Assembly (NCBI GenBank): GCA_030324005.1
Contig: JARDVH010000099.1
Coordinates: 74,897,824-74,961,823, forward strand
From: Negaprion brevirostris
Lineage: Eukaryota
Length of the DNA stretch: 64,000 nt
Direction of reading: 5' to 3'
How positions within the stretch are numbered: position 1 is the stretch's first letter; each line of letters starts with the position of its first letter. Made by a program: the position numbers and the translations under genes. A model generated the notes under the pieces. The model had not been told where the DNA came from. It saw only the letters and a list, made by a program, of their open reading frames with translations, and did no database searches. Shown piece after piece: positions 40,049 through 53,126 of the stretch.

Positions 40049-40266
40049 ATCGTTACATTGGACATGAGCTAGGTGAAAAAAGGCTAACAAAGGGTTCCTG
40101 CAACGTGTGTGAAAGAAAGAAAACACGGACTAGGAGGAAAGGTCTTGAAGTGCATCCTTTTGATGCNNNNNNNNNNNNNNNNNNNNNNNNNNNNNNNNNN
40201 NNNNNNNNNNNNNNNNNNNNNNNNNNNNNNNNNNNNNNNNNNNNNNNNNNNNNNNNNNNNNNNNNN

Positions 40267-40455
40267 CTATTTCTTCTTTGATGACGGATTCTAGCATTTT
40301 TCCAACTACAGACGTTAAACTAACCGGCCTATAATTCCCTGCCTTTTGTCTGCTATCTTTTTTAAATAGCGGCGTAACATTAGCCATTTTCCAATCTTCC
40401 GGCACTTCCCCGGAGTCCAGCGAATTTTGATAAATAATTACTAAGGCATCCACCA
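40267..40455 (-). mobile_element. CR1 LINE ORF2 (RT N-terminal) fragment, little decayed
   Basis: DALVIIYQNSLDSGEVPEDWKMANVTPLFKKDSRQKAGNYRPVSLTSVVGKMLESVIKEEI; runs into an N gap. Confidence 0.9.
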
Positions 40456-40464
40456 TCACCATCA

Positions 40465-41560
40465 TCCTTACCCAATCTGTCCTAAATGTGGCTCCAGAAT
40501 CATAGCAATGTGGTTGACTCTCAACTGCACTTGGACAACTAGGGTTGGGCAATAAAGGCTGGCCAGCCAATGATGTCCAAATCCCATGAATGAATTAAAA
40601 AAAACTCAGCTCTCAGCCTTGATTACCCCATAACCACTTCTCCGTAATTGCAGTCATATCGAGCAGTGTAAATGCTGATTTTAAATATTAATGTGATATT
40701 ATTAGTGAGCCCCGGACACAATTGTCCGGACTCACTGGCCTTAATGACCTCGCCAGTAAGGACCTCCACCAATGGGGACCTGACGTGATGGACTCGTCAA
40801 CGGGACCAGAGATCGTTGAAGTCTCCTAGGTGGTCAGGGGAAGGCCTGTCCTTCCCAAGTATTGAATACTGCTGTATACAGGGGAGACGATGGCCAAGTG
40901 GTATTATTGCTAGAGTATTAATCCAGAAACTGGAGGCCAGGTTCCAATCCCATCATGGCAAATGGTGGAATTTGAACTCAGTAAGAAAAATCTGGAATTA
41001 AGAATCTACCGATGACCATGATGCCATTGGTCAGTGCCCATTGGGCAGTGCCAGCCTGGTAGTGCAGCCTGGTACCCTAGCACTGCGCACCAGGCACCAA
41101 GGGGGGTGAGGCCTAAGGGCCTGCCTCCCAATCAGGGCCCTGCCCCTTCAGGCCAGCCATCATAGGCTTGCTGGTCTGAAGGGGACAGGGCCATGATTGG
41201 ACGGCAGTGGGAGTATATCTGCATCGGGGATTGACGTGAGCGGCAATCTCCTGGGATGGGAGGGCTGATTGGGCCCAGCGGTTAGCTGAGGGGTGGGCCA
41301 TGATTGGGCCAGCGATTGGGTGAAGTGATGTTTGATGATCGGGGGAAGAGAGAGGTGCAGTGTTTGGGGGAGTGGGGAGTGAGAGATCTCCCAGTGCTCT
41401 GTTCACAATTTTACACAATGCACGAGGAGATTGGAACGCATGAGCAGTCGTGCCCCTAAAGCTCAACAGCTGGTTTCCTGGCATGAATAGACTCCACCTA
41501 TGTGTTCTGCTGGTGGGAATAACATTAGGGACCTTTTTTTCTCTAAGTGCCATGTGATTA
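40465..41560. mobile_element. Cluster of SINE pieces (about 40465-40603 and 40880-41030) interleaved with GC-rich Harbinger-like non-autonomous sequence
   Basis: The SINE tail and head match the family at 4609-4900; the surrounding GC-rich sequence resembles the subterminal region at 42581-43200. Confidence 0.5.
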
Positions 41561-42580
41561 CATCAACAGCACTACCAAATATCCCTGCGAGGATATTGGC
41601 CCGAGTCCTGCTGAGGTGCAACCAGTCCATCTTGTATGTGTCCTATCTTCCCAGAATTGGTGGGTATTGGTGAGTTGGGGTGGAGAATCTAAAAGGTTAG
41701 GGTGGTGTTTTGGGGCTTGAGTTTGCATGATAGATACGAAGCTCATGGAGTTAATAGGAAGTAGATAGTGAATGATGAATTTTGAGGATTGAAGGCTAGC
41801 GGGCCAAGAGATGTCCTTGAGAACTGACAATTGTGGACACCTCCAAACTGCTCCCTGGGTGGTGAACTGAATCTGTCCTGCACCAGCCTCCCCACCCTAT
41901 CATACCAGAGTGAAAGTTGGATCTGACAGAGCACTTTCTATTAAGATGGGTTTATCAAGTGGGGAAATTTCCTGACTCAAGCCATCCACCTCAGTATCAA
42001 AAATTCATCCTAGAGTTTCTATTACTAGTTTCTGTTGATTTGCTCAAGTATTATTAGCACAAAAGATTGAGAATTAAACATAAAAGGCATGTCAAGTAAC
42101 TTTCTTTATTTTGTTTAAAATTAATTTCATACAAAGCCAGGACCACCCACAAAATTGATTTGGCCACAGTTTGATATTACGAGCCTGACAAGTTTCTGCT
42201 CATTGCATCTGTTTAAGAAAACTCATCAAATTGACTTTGTTTCTCTTGGCACTCAGGCACTAATGAGCATATTTTTATGTATCATAAATATTTAATTTAA
42301 CAGTACACTGACTAGTGTTTAGGATTGAAACCATTAAATGTCTCAGTATTGTTGTTATAGGTGTTATGGGTCATTATGAATGGTTCCACACGGGTTGAGG
42401 GCTAGCGTCTAGCTGCTACATCATCTTATTAGAAATGCTTGATTTCTTTACAATAAATCCATTTTCATCTCAATTAATAAAACTATATCTATTTACCACA
42501 CTTAAATTCATTGGGTAATTTTTTAACGTAAATAAGTATTTTATGACATTGACAGATTGTGCTGGTTTATAGAAGATTTA

Positions 42581-44720
42581 GGGGGCAATTCTCCCAGCCC
42601 ACTGCACTGCTTTGTAATGCAACGGGCTGGGAGACATCAGCAGTGGCCGACTCGCGAGATTCACGCTGGGCATACAGGTGTCTGTGCATGTCCCAGCCTA
42701 AGTTTTCTCTTGTCGACGGATCCATGCTGAAAATCAGCAAAACACTGATTTGCAATCATTAACATACCTTCGCATGCTATTAGAATCTGCGACTAGAATC
42801 TCACTCCCGCTAGTTTCTCCCCCCACTCTGGCATAACATCACGCTGGCGGGGTTCACAACTTCTCTATAGAAGTAAGGAGCTTTGAACAGGGGTAAGGAA
42901 GTAGGTTTTATGGGGCTGCAGTCCCCGGACTGTGGGGGTGGTTGGAGGCAGGTCAGGAAAAATTCTGCTTGGTGTGGGGAAGTTCCTGGAGAGCTGGTGC
43001 TGTCCCTGGGCCCAGGGTTGTTCCATGTAGTCTCTGTGGGATGGGATGGGGTCCTTTAACAAATGCTGGTCAGGCTGCTGTCTGTAGCTACTGGGCTGTT
43101 CCATTGTTCTGGCTGTGGGGTGTGATGAGGGACTGGACTGAGTGCTGAGGTTTTGGGGGAAGTGCACCATGTGTTCCCCAAGGGCTCACCAATCAGGCAG
43201 CTGTAAGCAGAGGCATCAGGTTAACACAAACACTCACGCTGCATATACTCTTCAGTGAATGGGAACGCATCTTGTGATACTTAGGAGTCTGTCCCTGCCC
43301 TGTGTCCCTGATCTGCAACCCATTCCTGGAAGGAAATACTTTATTGCACTCATGGCAGTGGCTCAAGAGATCGCAATGGCCAAGCCACACACCAACTTAC
43401 GTGCTCTTCCTGCCTGCCATGTTCACAATGCCGATAGCAGGCAACCTAATCAGGTAACGCAAGGCACTACAGATTGTGCTGTGTTGCCAGCATCCATAAG
43501 TGGGAGCAAGGGTCCCAGTGAGGGGTGGTGGGGATGGAGGAATGGAGGTGGTGCTGGGATAGTTGCAAGCAATGACATGTGTCTATCAATCTGTCTCTCT
43601 CACCCTGACTGTGCAGAATGGATCTCGGTCTTGTTGATCTAGAGCTGGCCATCATAGTGGTGGCTGAGGAGGAGACGTGGCTCAGGCAGTGGAGGGAGTA
43701 AGTAGGCCACTCCAGGAGCAGCCAGTGGCAGGCTCTCAGGAAGGAGGGCAGGGAGCTGCCGGTGATACCCGTGAGATGGGAGAGCAATCTCCCGAAAGGG
43801 TGGCCAGGAGAAGGATGCAGAGGCCAAGGTAATACTGGACCAGTAGATTATCTGATGGCCTATAAGAGGCCATATGTGCCACCTGTCTAAGGAAACTTGT
43901 GAGAGACGCTCGCGTACCTGGGACCTCAGTAGGGGAAGGCCACCTGCTCCCAGTAGAAGTTAAGGTGACGGCGATACTTAACTTCTACGCAACAGGGTTG
44001 ATCTAGGCACCCAGAGGGGACATTAGTGGAATCTTGCAGGCCTCAGTCCACAGATGTATTTGCCAGGTCACAGATGTTTTGTACGCCTGGGCAGGCCTTT
44101 ACACCAATTTTGATGTTGGTCAGGTTCAGCAGGAGGCCCGGGCTGCAATCTTCGCAACCATTGCTATGTTCAGGGGGCAGTGGATGAAACACACGTTGCA
44201 CTGTGATTCCTGCAAGGTGAGGGGCAACTATTTATTAACAAGAATGGGGTTCCACTCACTGAATTTTCAATTGTATGTGACCATTGAATGAACATCATGC
44301 AGGTCTGTGCATGCCACCCAAGGAACGTCCATAACAGCTATATGCTGGGCTAGTCTTCAAATAATCTGGCTCATCTTGGCTGACGACACCAGTGCAGAGG
44401 CCCGAGGTTGAGGTGGAGGCCCGCTACAATGAGGTCTGATTGTGCTGTCATAAGGTCTGTAGTGGAACGTTGCAAAGGCCTGCTGAAGATGCAGTTCTGC
44501 TGCCTGGACTGCTCTGGGGGTGCCCTCCAATATGACCCTGTGTGGGCCTCTGCACAATATTGCACACCATCAGTGAAACTAGCTGAGAAGGAGGATTGAC
44601 ACCATGCAGGAGTGGTTGATTGTCATGCAAGGAGTCGGAGGATGGAGGACAGGCATCGATGGAACGGGTCCGGGAGGGCAGGGCTGCAAAGGAGGTCCTG
44701 GTTGTAGCCTGCTTCATTCA
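42581..44720 (+). mobile_element. PIF/Harbinger DNA transposon remnant (one terminus plus transposase relic)
   Basis: Starts GGGGGCAATTCTCCCAGCCC right after TTA; subterminal inverted repeat 'gggctgggaga' at about 42623; GC-rich body; right end not found. Confidence 0.75.
43630..44720 (+). pseudogene. Harbinger (HARBI1/DDE_Tnp_4-type) transposase pseudogene
   Basis: Frameshifted fragments LPVEVKVTAILNFYATG (about 43947), QASVHRCICQVTDVL, GFHSLNFQL and RSVVERCKGLLKMQFCCLDCSGGALQYDP. Confidence 0.85.
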
Positions 44721-45309
44721 CATAGTTGATGCCATACAATCTGGAGTCATATCACTGCTCAATACTGGCATGAATAGCTATAGTACAAGGAGGGGTATGG
44801 GGAGGATTTTGGGAATTGAGGCCATGTTAGGCACTGCAAGTCAAGCTGATAAGTCAGGCGAAGTAAGCTTATGAATAGTATTAAGTTAGCATGGATCAGA
44901 AACAATAGATATAAATGTATATATTTACATCCATGTACAAACCTGTTGTGTTCAGTACAAGCATGAGGATAATGGCAATTACAGATGGCAAGATTACACT
45001 TTGTGAAAGTGACCACAAGATTTCAGGAGGCTACAACTTAACATGGGACTGTGGATAGCACTCAATACGTGGCCAATATTTAGATAAAAATGGACCCGAA
45101 TAAGGATACTTCGCAGACACCTGAAAAGTTTAACATCTCAGTTAATCGGTGTTTGAGGAATATAGGATCTCTAGAATGTTGATCTCAAAACATTGAACAC
45201 AGGTCAACATGAGAGCTCATGTTGAGGCAGAAATAAGGTGAATGGCTGTTGTCAACTGTTATTTTGCCATGGTGGCTTGGACTATAAGTATTAATCGTGC
45301 ACATTTATG

Positions 45310-45702
45310 ACAAACTAATTTTGCTTCCAAGTCCACCAGAGAACCAATTCCCTGGCTACTTGTCTACTAGAGACTTTGCAGCTTCATGAAAATCCATTGT
45401 GTCTAAAAGATCTTCACTCCACCAAAAGGATCAACTCAACTAAGACATTAGGCTTGCATCTTTTGAATTACACAAAAGTATGGGGGGACTACAGTTTCCC
45501 AGTGATATCTTCTTGGCGATGTCTCAGCAAATCAGAGTCAACCTGCCAACCAATCACACCACTTTTCTCCTCATGTAAATTGTTGCCATCACCTGAAATT
45601 TGATTGTCTTGTGTTTGTCCTAATGAGTGCAAAATGAAAAGTTTTGGCAACCTGTCTCTCTTTTCACCAGTATTCAAGTTCTATACAACAAAGTGATAAT
45701 TT
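45310..45702 (+). mobile_element. Penelope-like element 3' relic with a degenerate hammerhead core
   Basis: CTAATGA (45620-45626)...GAAA (45636-45639) within a tail resembling shark Penelope terminal repeats; family assignment by recognition only. Confidence 0.45.
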
Positions 45703-46621
45703 AGAAATAGGGATATAATACTATAAACTGCACCTTCTGCGAGCTCAGTTTCCCATTGGCCTCACAGGATCAAAATAATTTTCTTCATTGAAGTTTTCTC
45801 CACTTCCCTGGTCAAAGATACCAATTCATTTGGGGTATGTTTCAAGTATGACAAAACTTCTATTAACCCTCTTAGTGACTATTTCACACAAATGTTTGCT
45901 GGTTATTCAGTCATGGGGAATATCAGAGTCAATTCAGTCCTGTTTTCTCTCAGTATCTCACATTTATAGCAGAAGTTATTAGAGAGTATTCTTGCATAAT
46001 TGAATGTTATTTTCTTCAGTGCAGGAGGCTTGAGTCAGTAGAAATGCTCATACTGCTGTCTTAGCTTAAAAATGGGCATTTCTGGTCTGCCTGACTCAAT
46101 TGTAATTGTACAGCTTTACTAACTGGGCCAATAAAGCTTCATAAGATTTTAATGTTTACAGATGATACAAAAATTCCAAAACAGAATCTCGCATGGTAAT
46201 GATTAATTAATCTTTCCATCAACTTAAGATAGTGACTGATTGGAAGAGCATAACAAATAAATCAATGTAAAAGGGCAAATTCATAAACACCTTGCACCTA
46301 CAAGTGTAAAAAACTTATGTTGACATCTTAGAAAAATTCAGCTGTTTTTCAGCTAAAGTATTCCAGAATCAACATATTCTACCTTGCTACAGGGAATAAT
46401 CCACTGAAAGCATGGAGAGCAATATAATCATATTTAAGATTTTAAATTAAGCATAATTTGAAAAAAGCAAATTTCTTACTGTAAGAAATTCTTAAATGTT
46501 CAGATATTTCAAGTGTGGATCTACTTAAATCCATATACTATTTTTCCAACTGCTGATTAATATAACCATTATTTGACCCCCAAGTTGGTATGCCAAGAAT
46601 GGATGAACAAAGTATACCAAC

Positions 46622-46709
46622 CTTTTTGTCATAAACATCTTGCCAGTTGATTCCACTAAAAAAGCTGTGCTGCATGATGTCCTTTGCATCTTCTGGACCT
46701 CCACCAAGC
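46622..46709 (-). CDS. AKT3: AKT3 internal coding exon (88 bp)
   Basis: (R)[29 protein letters not shown]; acceptor atcag|G, donor AAG|gttggt; phases match the flanking exons. Confidence 0.97.
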
Positions 46710-47044
46710 CTGATGGCAAAAATAAAATGAATTAACAATGCATATCCAATTTGTCAAAACAATTCCCCTTCACTCCTTCATGATTTTGGTGCAGGGACAT
46801 TTGGTATTTGCTGTCACAATATAACTAGATTGTGTTGTTACTTACTTGAAATTCATATTTATCTGATAAGACCAAAAATTAAAACTCAAATATAGCTTAT
46901 GTTTTTAAAAAATGTTTTTTGGTAAGAGTTTACCAATTTGTTTATTCTTTTCACCAGCTACAGGTTACACGCTACTGAGAGATGAGGGCGCAATGAACTT
47001 CCCAATCCCAATACCTGCCAAATATAGATGCTGTGAATGGTTAG

Positions 47045-47370
47045 GACTGTGCTGTGGTTAACACTGCTGCTCTCAGCTCCAGAGACCTGAGCTCAATTCC
47101 AGTCTGGGCAATTATCTAAGGGAGTTTTGCACGTTTTCCCTTCTGTCTGCGTGGGTTTCATCTGGGTGCTCCAGTTTCCTCCAACTGTCCAAAGATGTGC
47201 AGGGTAGGTGAAATGGCCATGCTAAATTGCTCCTTAGCAGACAAAAATGTGGTTAGGTGGATGGTAAGGGAAATGTGTGGGGTTAAGGGATAGGGCAGGG
47301 AAGATGGCCTTGATAAGATACTTTGTCAGCAGACCCAATGGCCTTTTCTGGACTGTGGGGATGCTATCAT
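47045..47370 (+). mobile_element. Near full-length V-SINE (HE1-like)
   Basis: tRNA-like head 'gtggttaacactgctgc...gagctcaattcc', V-domain 'tgtctgcgtgggtttc...gtccaaagatgtgcagggtagg', CR1-like tail. Confidence 0.85.
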
Positions 47371-47635
47371 TTTGTGAAATATAAAAGCACAATCTTTGGA
47401 TACAACTTTCTCATAAATGTGTTCCTCCTCAAAAATTAACAAGCCATATGACAAGCTAAAAAACTGCTTCTGGAACCTAAACCGAGCAGTAGTGGTGCAG
47501 CATTCTGACTCACTGGGCCGTTATGAACATTAGCTCCTCCGCTGTACAGCCTGGTAACTGGTTAATAACGGTGTTAGTCTGAGATGAGATCATCACCCAA
47601 ACTAAAGAAACAGAAATTTAAAATGGGAAAGAAAG

Positions 47636-47674
47636 ACATGATTTAGCAATAGAACATGATTTAGCAATAGAACA
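47636..47674. repeat. 18-bp perfect tandem duplication
   Basis: acatgatttagcaataga x2 followed by aca. Confidence 0.9.
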
Positions 47675-48985
47675 CAATTTACCTCTGGGGCCTTCATTCA
47701 GTTCCATTTCAGACTGATAAGCTACAAAGACCGTTCTAACACACTGAACTATAGTGCTGCTTCTGGTAGAAATAAACAGTTGCTTCTAAGTTATTCATCT
47801 GCAAAGTATACTAGTTCCTGCAAAGTACCAACAACAAATATCTTTGCAACTCATCACCCAAATTGTCTTCTTTGGCCTGCTTGTCCTGTAGAGCAATACA
47901 CTCTAACAGTGTTGCCTAGTACAAACCTTTACGTAAATCTGGGAAGTCCAGGACCAGAATGGTGGCTTCCTGGACAGATTCTGTCACCAACAGAAGCCAT
48001 TCCACAATGTAAATCACTTATTAGCAAAGCAAGTTCAAGCACTTTCAAGCCAATAGCTAGCAGGCATACATCCGTACCAAAGGACTGTCTGTAATTTGAC
48101 ACTAATTGTCAGTCACACTCAGGAGCCACAAGGAGAACAGGTGTAGGAGATAAATGCGAGTTTAAAATGTTGGGAGAAAGCCCGAATTATAATTAGAGGC
48201 ACAAAGAGATAGTTGTAGATTGGTTATTCTGGGACCTAGGTTATAAGGCAAAGACAATCAAGTAATAATTCACCATAAATCATAGCAATCCACCAACTGG
48301 ACCATGAAGTATTGAAATGCACAAAAATCTTAAAATATCAAGAGGTATTTTGCACAGACAAACATAGAAATATAACTAAACATCTATTCTGTACTACACC
48401 AGGTGTGGATATAGATATTGGAAGTGAAAAAACTCAAATTTTGCCACCTCAAACAATATGGAAAAATTTAGAGGCAAAAGAAATGAATAACCAAAATCTG
48501 TCCCACTCAAGATATATGAATAAAAAGGACGAGTTAAAAAATCTAAACTGGTAGGAATTGGGACTAAATTTTTGCAGAGTTGGAAGGTCTCTGGGGCCAA
48601 TTAAAAATAGTGGGCAGGACTTGATTGTGGGATTCCCACCCCAACTTTTGCTGGAGCGCAATAAGGGCATGGGTAGTGAGCTCAGATCCTGCACTTCTCA
48701 CTGGCTCCATCCTGGGAGTAGACATTTCCTAGTCCCCCGCAATTTTTGTTTAATCAGACCTTCTTCTCCATAACTTGTGGTTCACGGCCCCATGAAGAAT
48801 TGTAAACCATACTTAAGTCCCTATTAAGTTCTCTCATTCAGTGAAATTTCATTTTAATGTCATGGATGCAACAGGGCTGGCACATATATTAAGGCTTTCA
48901 TTTTAGTGTCATTTCGCACTACGGCCAAAGGAGCATGTGTGATTCCATTTTGGAGCATTCTCTTCCATTCCAAGACTGCCTCCTT

Positions 48986-49752
48986 TAGATAAATGCGAGG
49001 TGATGCACTTTGGTAGATAGAACCAGGCAGGACTTACTCAATTAATGGTAGGGCATTGGAAGAGTTATAGAACAAAGAGATCTAGGTGTACATGTTCATA
49101 GCTCATTGAAAGTGAAGTCACAGATGGACAGAGTGAAGGTAGCATTTGGCATGCTTGGTTTCATTGGTCAGAACACTGAAGTTGTATAAGGCATTGGTAA
49201 GGCCACACTTAATACTGTGCACAGTTTTGGTCACCCTATTATAGAAAGGATATTATTAAACTAGAAGGAGTGCAGAAGAGATTTACTAGGATGCTACCAG
49301 GACTAGACCGTTTGAGTTATCAGGAGAGGCTGGATAGACTGGGACTTTTTTCTTTGGAGTGTAGATGGCTGAGGGGTGATCTCATAGAGGTCTATAAATA
49401 ATGAAGGGCATAGACCAGTTAGATAGTCAATATCTTTTCCCAAAGGTGAGGAGTCTAAAACTAAAGGGCATAGATTTGAGGTAACAGGAGTGTGTTATAA
49501 AAGGGTCCAGAGGAGGATTTTTTTTCCCCACAGAGTGGTGAGTGTCTGGAGCAAGGTGCCAGAGCTAGTAGTTGAGGCGGGTACAATTTTATCCTTTAAA
49601 AAGTGTTTAGACAGTTATGTGAGTTAGATGGCTATTGAGGGATATAAGCCAAACGCAGGCAATTGGGACTAGCTTAGTCATTTGAAAAGAAGGCAGCATG
49701 GACAAGTTGGGCTGAATGGCCCATTTCCATGCTGTAAACCTCTTTGACTCCG
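48986..49752 (+). mobile_element. CR1 LINE 3' fragment
   Basis: KCEVMHFG and YCAQFWSPYYRKDIIKLE.VQKRFTRMLPGL-like text; 3' tail 'ccatgctgtaaacctctttgactc'. Confidence 0.85.
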
Positions 49753-49899
49753 TGACTCCTTCTGTCTCTTTTCCACTTGCCAACTATTGCCCACTCGTTG
49801 CTCCCCTGCCCGACCCATCCACTCGCCATTCCCCTGTTCAACCTACCCATTCACCACTTCCGAAGTTGGCAATTTCTACTCAATTCAGTTCTAAATGAT

Positions 49900-50790
49900 T
49901 GGTGCTTTGTCTTGAGACGGTACTCTGTGTTTTAGATTTCCTGAACAGCGGAAACATACTCTCAGCATCTAACCCTATCAAGCCTCTTCAGAATCTTATA
50001 TGTTTTAATGAAATTGCCTCTCCTTCATCTAAACCTCAGGTAGTACAGGCACAATTTAGTCTGCCTCCCCTCATAAACAATCTTGTCAACCCAGGGATCA
50101 GTGCGGTGAGCCTTTGCTGCACCACCTTCAATTTTAACAGAAGCATGCCNNNNNNNNNNNNNNNNNNNNNNNNNNNNNNNNNNNNNNNNNNNNNNNNNNN
50201 NNNNNNNNNNNNNNNNNNNNNNNNNNNNNNNNNNNNNNNNNNNNNNNNNTAAGTATATCCTTCCTTAAATAGGAAGACCAAAATTGTACACAATATTCCA
50301 GATGTGATATCACCAGAACTCCGGGCAACTGTCACACTAGTTCTTTATTTCTGTACTTCAATACCCCTGCAATAAAGGCAAACATGCCATTTGCCTTCTT
50401 AATTGCTTGTTGCATCTCCAAGCGTATTTTCAGTATTCCTCATTTGAACACACCAATGTCTGCTTGAACATCAACACTTACAAATTCCACACCTTTTAAA
50501 AATTATTCTGCTTTTCTATTCTTGTGGATAACTTCACTTGGTTGCAATATAATTTCTCTACCAATGCTAATGTATCAACCCCCAACTCCTTGAGCCTTCA
50601 TCTTGCCCATGAAACCTTGTGCATGGCATCTCATTGAATTCCTTTTGGAAATCCAGGTATATTACATCTACTGGTTCCTCTTTATTTCCCTTGTTGCATA
50701 ATTCTTCAAAAGAGCCAACAAATTTGTCAAACTGGATTTCCCTTTTGTGAAATCTTGTTAATCATTTCTAGTCATTCTATACTTATCCAA
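49900..50790 (-). mobile_element. CR1 LINE fragment
   Basis: HLEYCVQFWSSYLRKDIL and LKVVQQRLTALIPGL fragments; KGKS.LTNL-like text near 50720-50750. Confidence 0.8.
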
Positions 50791-51259
50791 ATTGTACATT
50801 TTTAAATTTCTCAGGAAATTAAGGGATATGTGGAGGGGTTGGAAAATGGAGGTCAGCCACGATCATATTGGATGATGGAGCAGGCTCGGCAGGTCATATA
50901 GCCCACTCCTACTCCCATTTTTTGTGTTCATGAGATGGTGTGGTCGTTGCAAGCACAATTAGATCAAGAGTTGGTATTTTGAGGTGATAATGGCAGATTT
51001 AAACAAGTGAGAAACTGTACTGCACAGGGAATCATTAACAATATTGGCTAGTATGGACATCAGAACAGAAAGTTGGACAACTTAGTGGACAACAGTCAAG
51101 GAAGCAGGATACTGGTCTCATCAGCAAGATGAACTTAGGGAGAGGAGGAAAGCTGGGAGCAAAACTAGATGCATGCTGCAAATGAATCTCAAATATTTTA
51201 TACATCTTTTTGCAGATCTCTGACTCAAACTTATTTTAAAATAAGATTAATTTTTTTAA

Positions 51260-51440
51260 CATTTATTTATTAGCTTAATAACTAGGCTTACATTAATACT
51301 GCAATGAAGTTGTGAAAATTCCCTAGTCATCACACTCCAGCATCTACTCGGGTACACTGAGGGAGAATTTAGCAAGACCAAAGCACCTAACCAGCTCGTC
51401 TTTCAGACTGTGGGAGGAAACCGAAGCATCCAGAGGAATT
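51260..51440 (-). mobile_element. V-SINE 3' half
   Basis: Reverse-complement match to 20387-20550. Confidence 0.8.
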
Positions 51441-52911
51441 ATCAAATATTTGTTGAAATAATAGAACAGACATTGTGCTTTACATGGTGTAATATTGCTG
51501 CCTTTACAAAATAGCACATCATCTAACTTACCATAAGTAATGCTACATGAAAGGCAGTAATATTAAAAACAGCATGTTTGTTCACACGGACATCACAATT
51601 CATGACAGATGCAATGCAATCTTAAAATACTGTGTGCTTCTCAGCTGCAGCTTGAAACTGACAAAACACATTTCAATCAATTCTTTGGCCAGTTAAAGTC
51701 TGGGCATGTGCAAACTTAATTATTAGCTTTGTGGCCTGAAATAATGAAATTCCATCTTAACAAAATAACCATTGGATAACATAACACTCTTATAAAACAG
51801 CACATCTAACTGAATATGAGCAGCACTTGAGACACCATTTTTTAATTATAAATTTAAAGTATTGTCCCCAGTGCATATTCACCCGACACAGGTGCAAAAC
51901 AATTGTAAAGAAAAGGTCAGATATTTTGTGTTCTTCTGAGGATGAATTTAGTAGGAATGTACTGTGCTCTCTGACTGTGCTAACTGACCTCACCAATTTA
52001 TACATTTACAATTACCAGGGCTCCCACTAGGAGTGCTTAAACAATTGTTTCCACCTGCTAGGTTAACAGATAATCATGACTGTCGTTCTCCAAACCACTT
52101 GAGAACACTGATGTATGAATCTACTAGTACTTTATTCATTTTAAATTTGCACTAAACATGCATTCATAGCCTTTCCTGAAAAATTAATTGAGAAAGCACT
52201 TCAGCCCGAATTTTAACCAAACCGGCCAACAAGTATGTGACAGGTTCAGGACAGATTCCTTTTTACATCCCAGCCGATTTTAAAACTGGATGGGATATAT
52301 GACTGACTTCCTACTTGAGCCCCACCCCCCCCTCCTTAAGTGAGATAGGTTAGAATCATAGCATTGGTTACATTCACTATTATGAAACTACAGCATGGTA
52401 ATTCTATCCAAGCAGTCCAAGCTGGTTGCATTATCAGTGATTGCATTCTGGTGTGCACAATGTTTCTTACCCAAACCTAACAAAGCAAGAGGCTTCAATC
52501 TAATTTCTCGTACAGATTTTAGAATATTCACAATGTTTTATGAATAAGTGAAATTTTAATCCTTGTTCTTCAACTACCCAAATTTTCTCCTGTACAATGA
52601 TACACAGGTTCATACCAAACATTTTTGTATTGATACTGATAGGTGTATACGCAATTTATTTCACACTGCATACACACAATTCCTCCACAGGTCCAAGAAC
52701 TGTTCAAAAAAAAACTAAACACTTCAGATTCCTGCAGCTTTACATTTAGCCAATAACCTGAACTCCACTCAGATTTGCCTGGAAATAATATTGTTCCACA
52801 AATTACCCAAGACACTAGATATATAGCAAATTAGAAATAGACCACAATATGGAATACAAATTTTAACAATTCTGAAGGGAGTTTTAACAGAGAGGTCATA
52901 TAATTAATTAC

Positions 52912-53126
52912 CTTTTATTTGGGTCTTTTATAAGCAATCCAGAAAGTAATGATTTTGCATCTGATGAAAGAGTTCTGGGAAATTTAATGTCCTCCATTAG
53001 GATCAATTCAAAAAGCTTCTCATGATCCTGGTTGTAAAAAGGTAGCCGGCCACACATCATCTCATACATAACAACACCCAGACCCCACCAATCAACAGCA
53101 CGGCCGTAGTCGTTGTCTTCTAAAAC
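52912..53126 (-). CDS. AKT3: AKT3 internal coding exon (215 bp), kinase domain C-lobe
   Basis: Reverse strand reads [71 protein letters not shown](R). Acceptor atag|GTT at 53128/53127, donor AG|gtaatt at 52911/52910. Ends in phase 2 and joins the next exon in frame. Confidence 0.98.

Noticed and set aside
41113-43827. Multiple GC-rich ORFs of 100-146 aa
   Set aside because: No recognisable domains; they fall in transposon-derived GC-rich sequence where stops are rare.
47045-47110. tRNA-like sequence with A/B boxes
   Set aside because: It is the head of a SINE, not a tRNA gene; no cloverleaf is evident.
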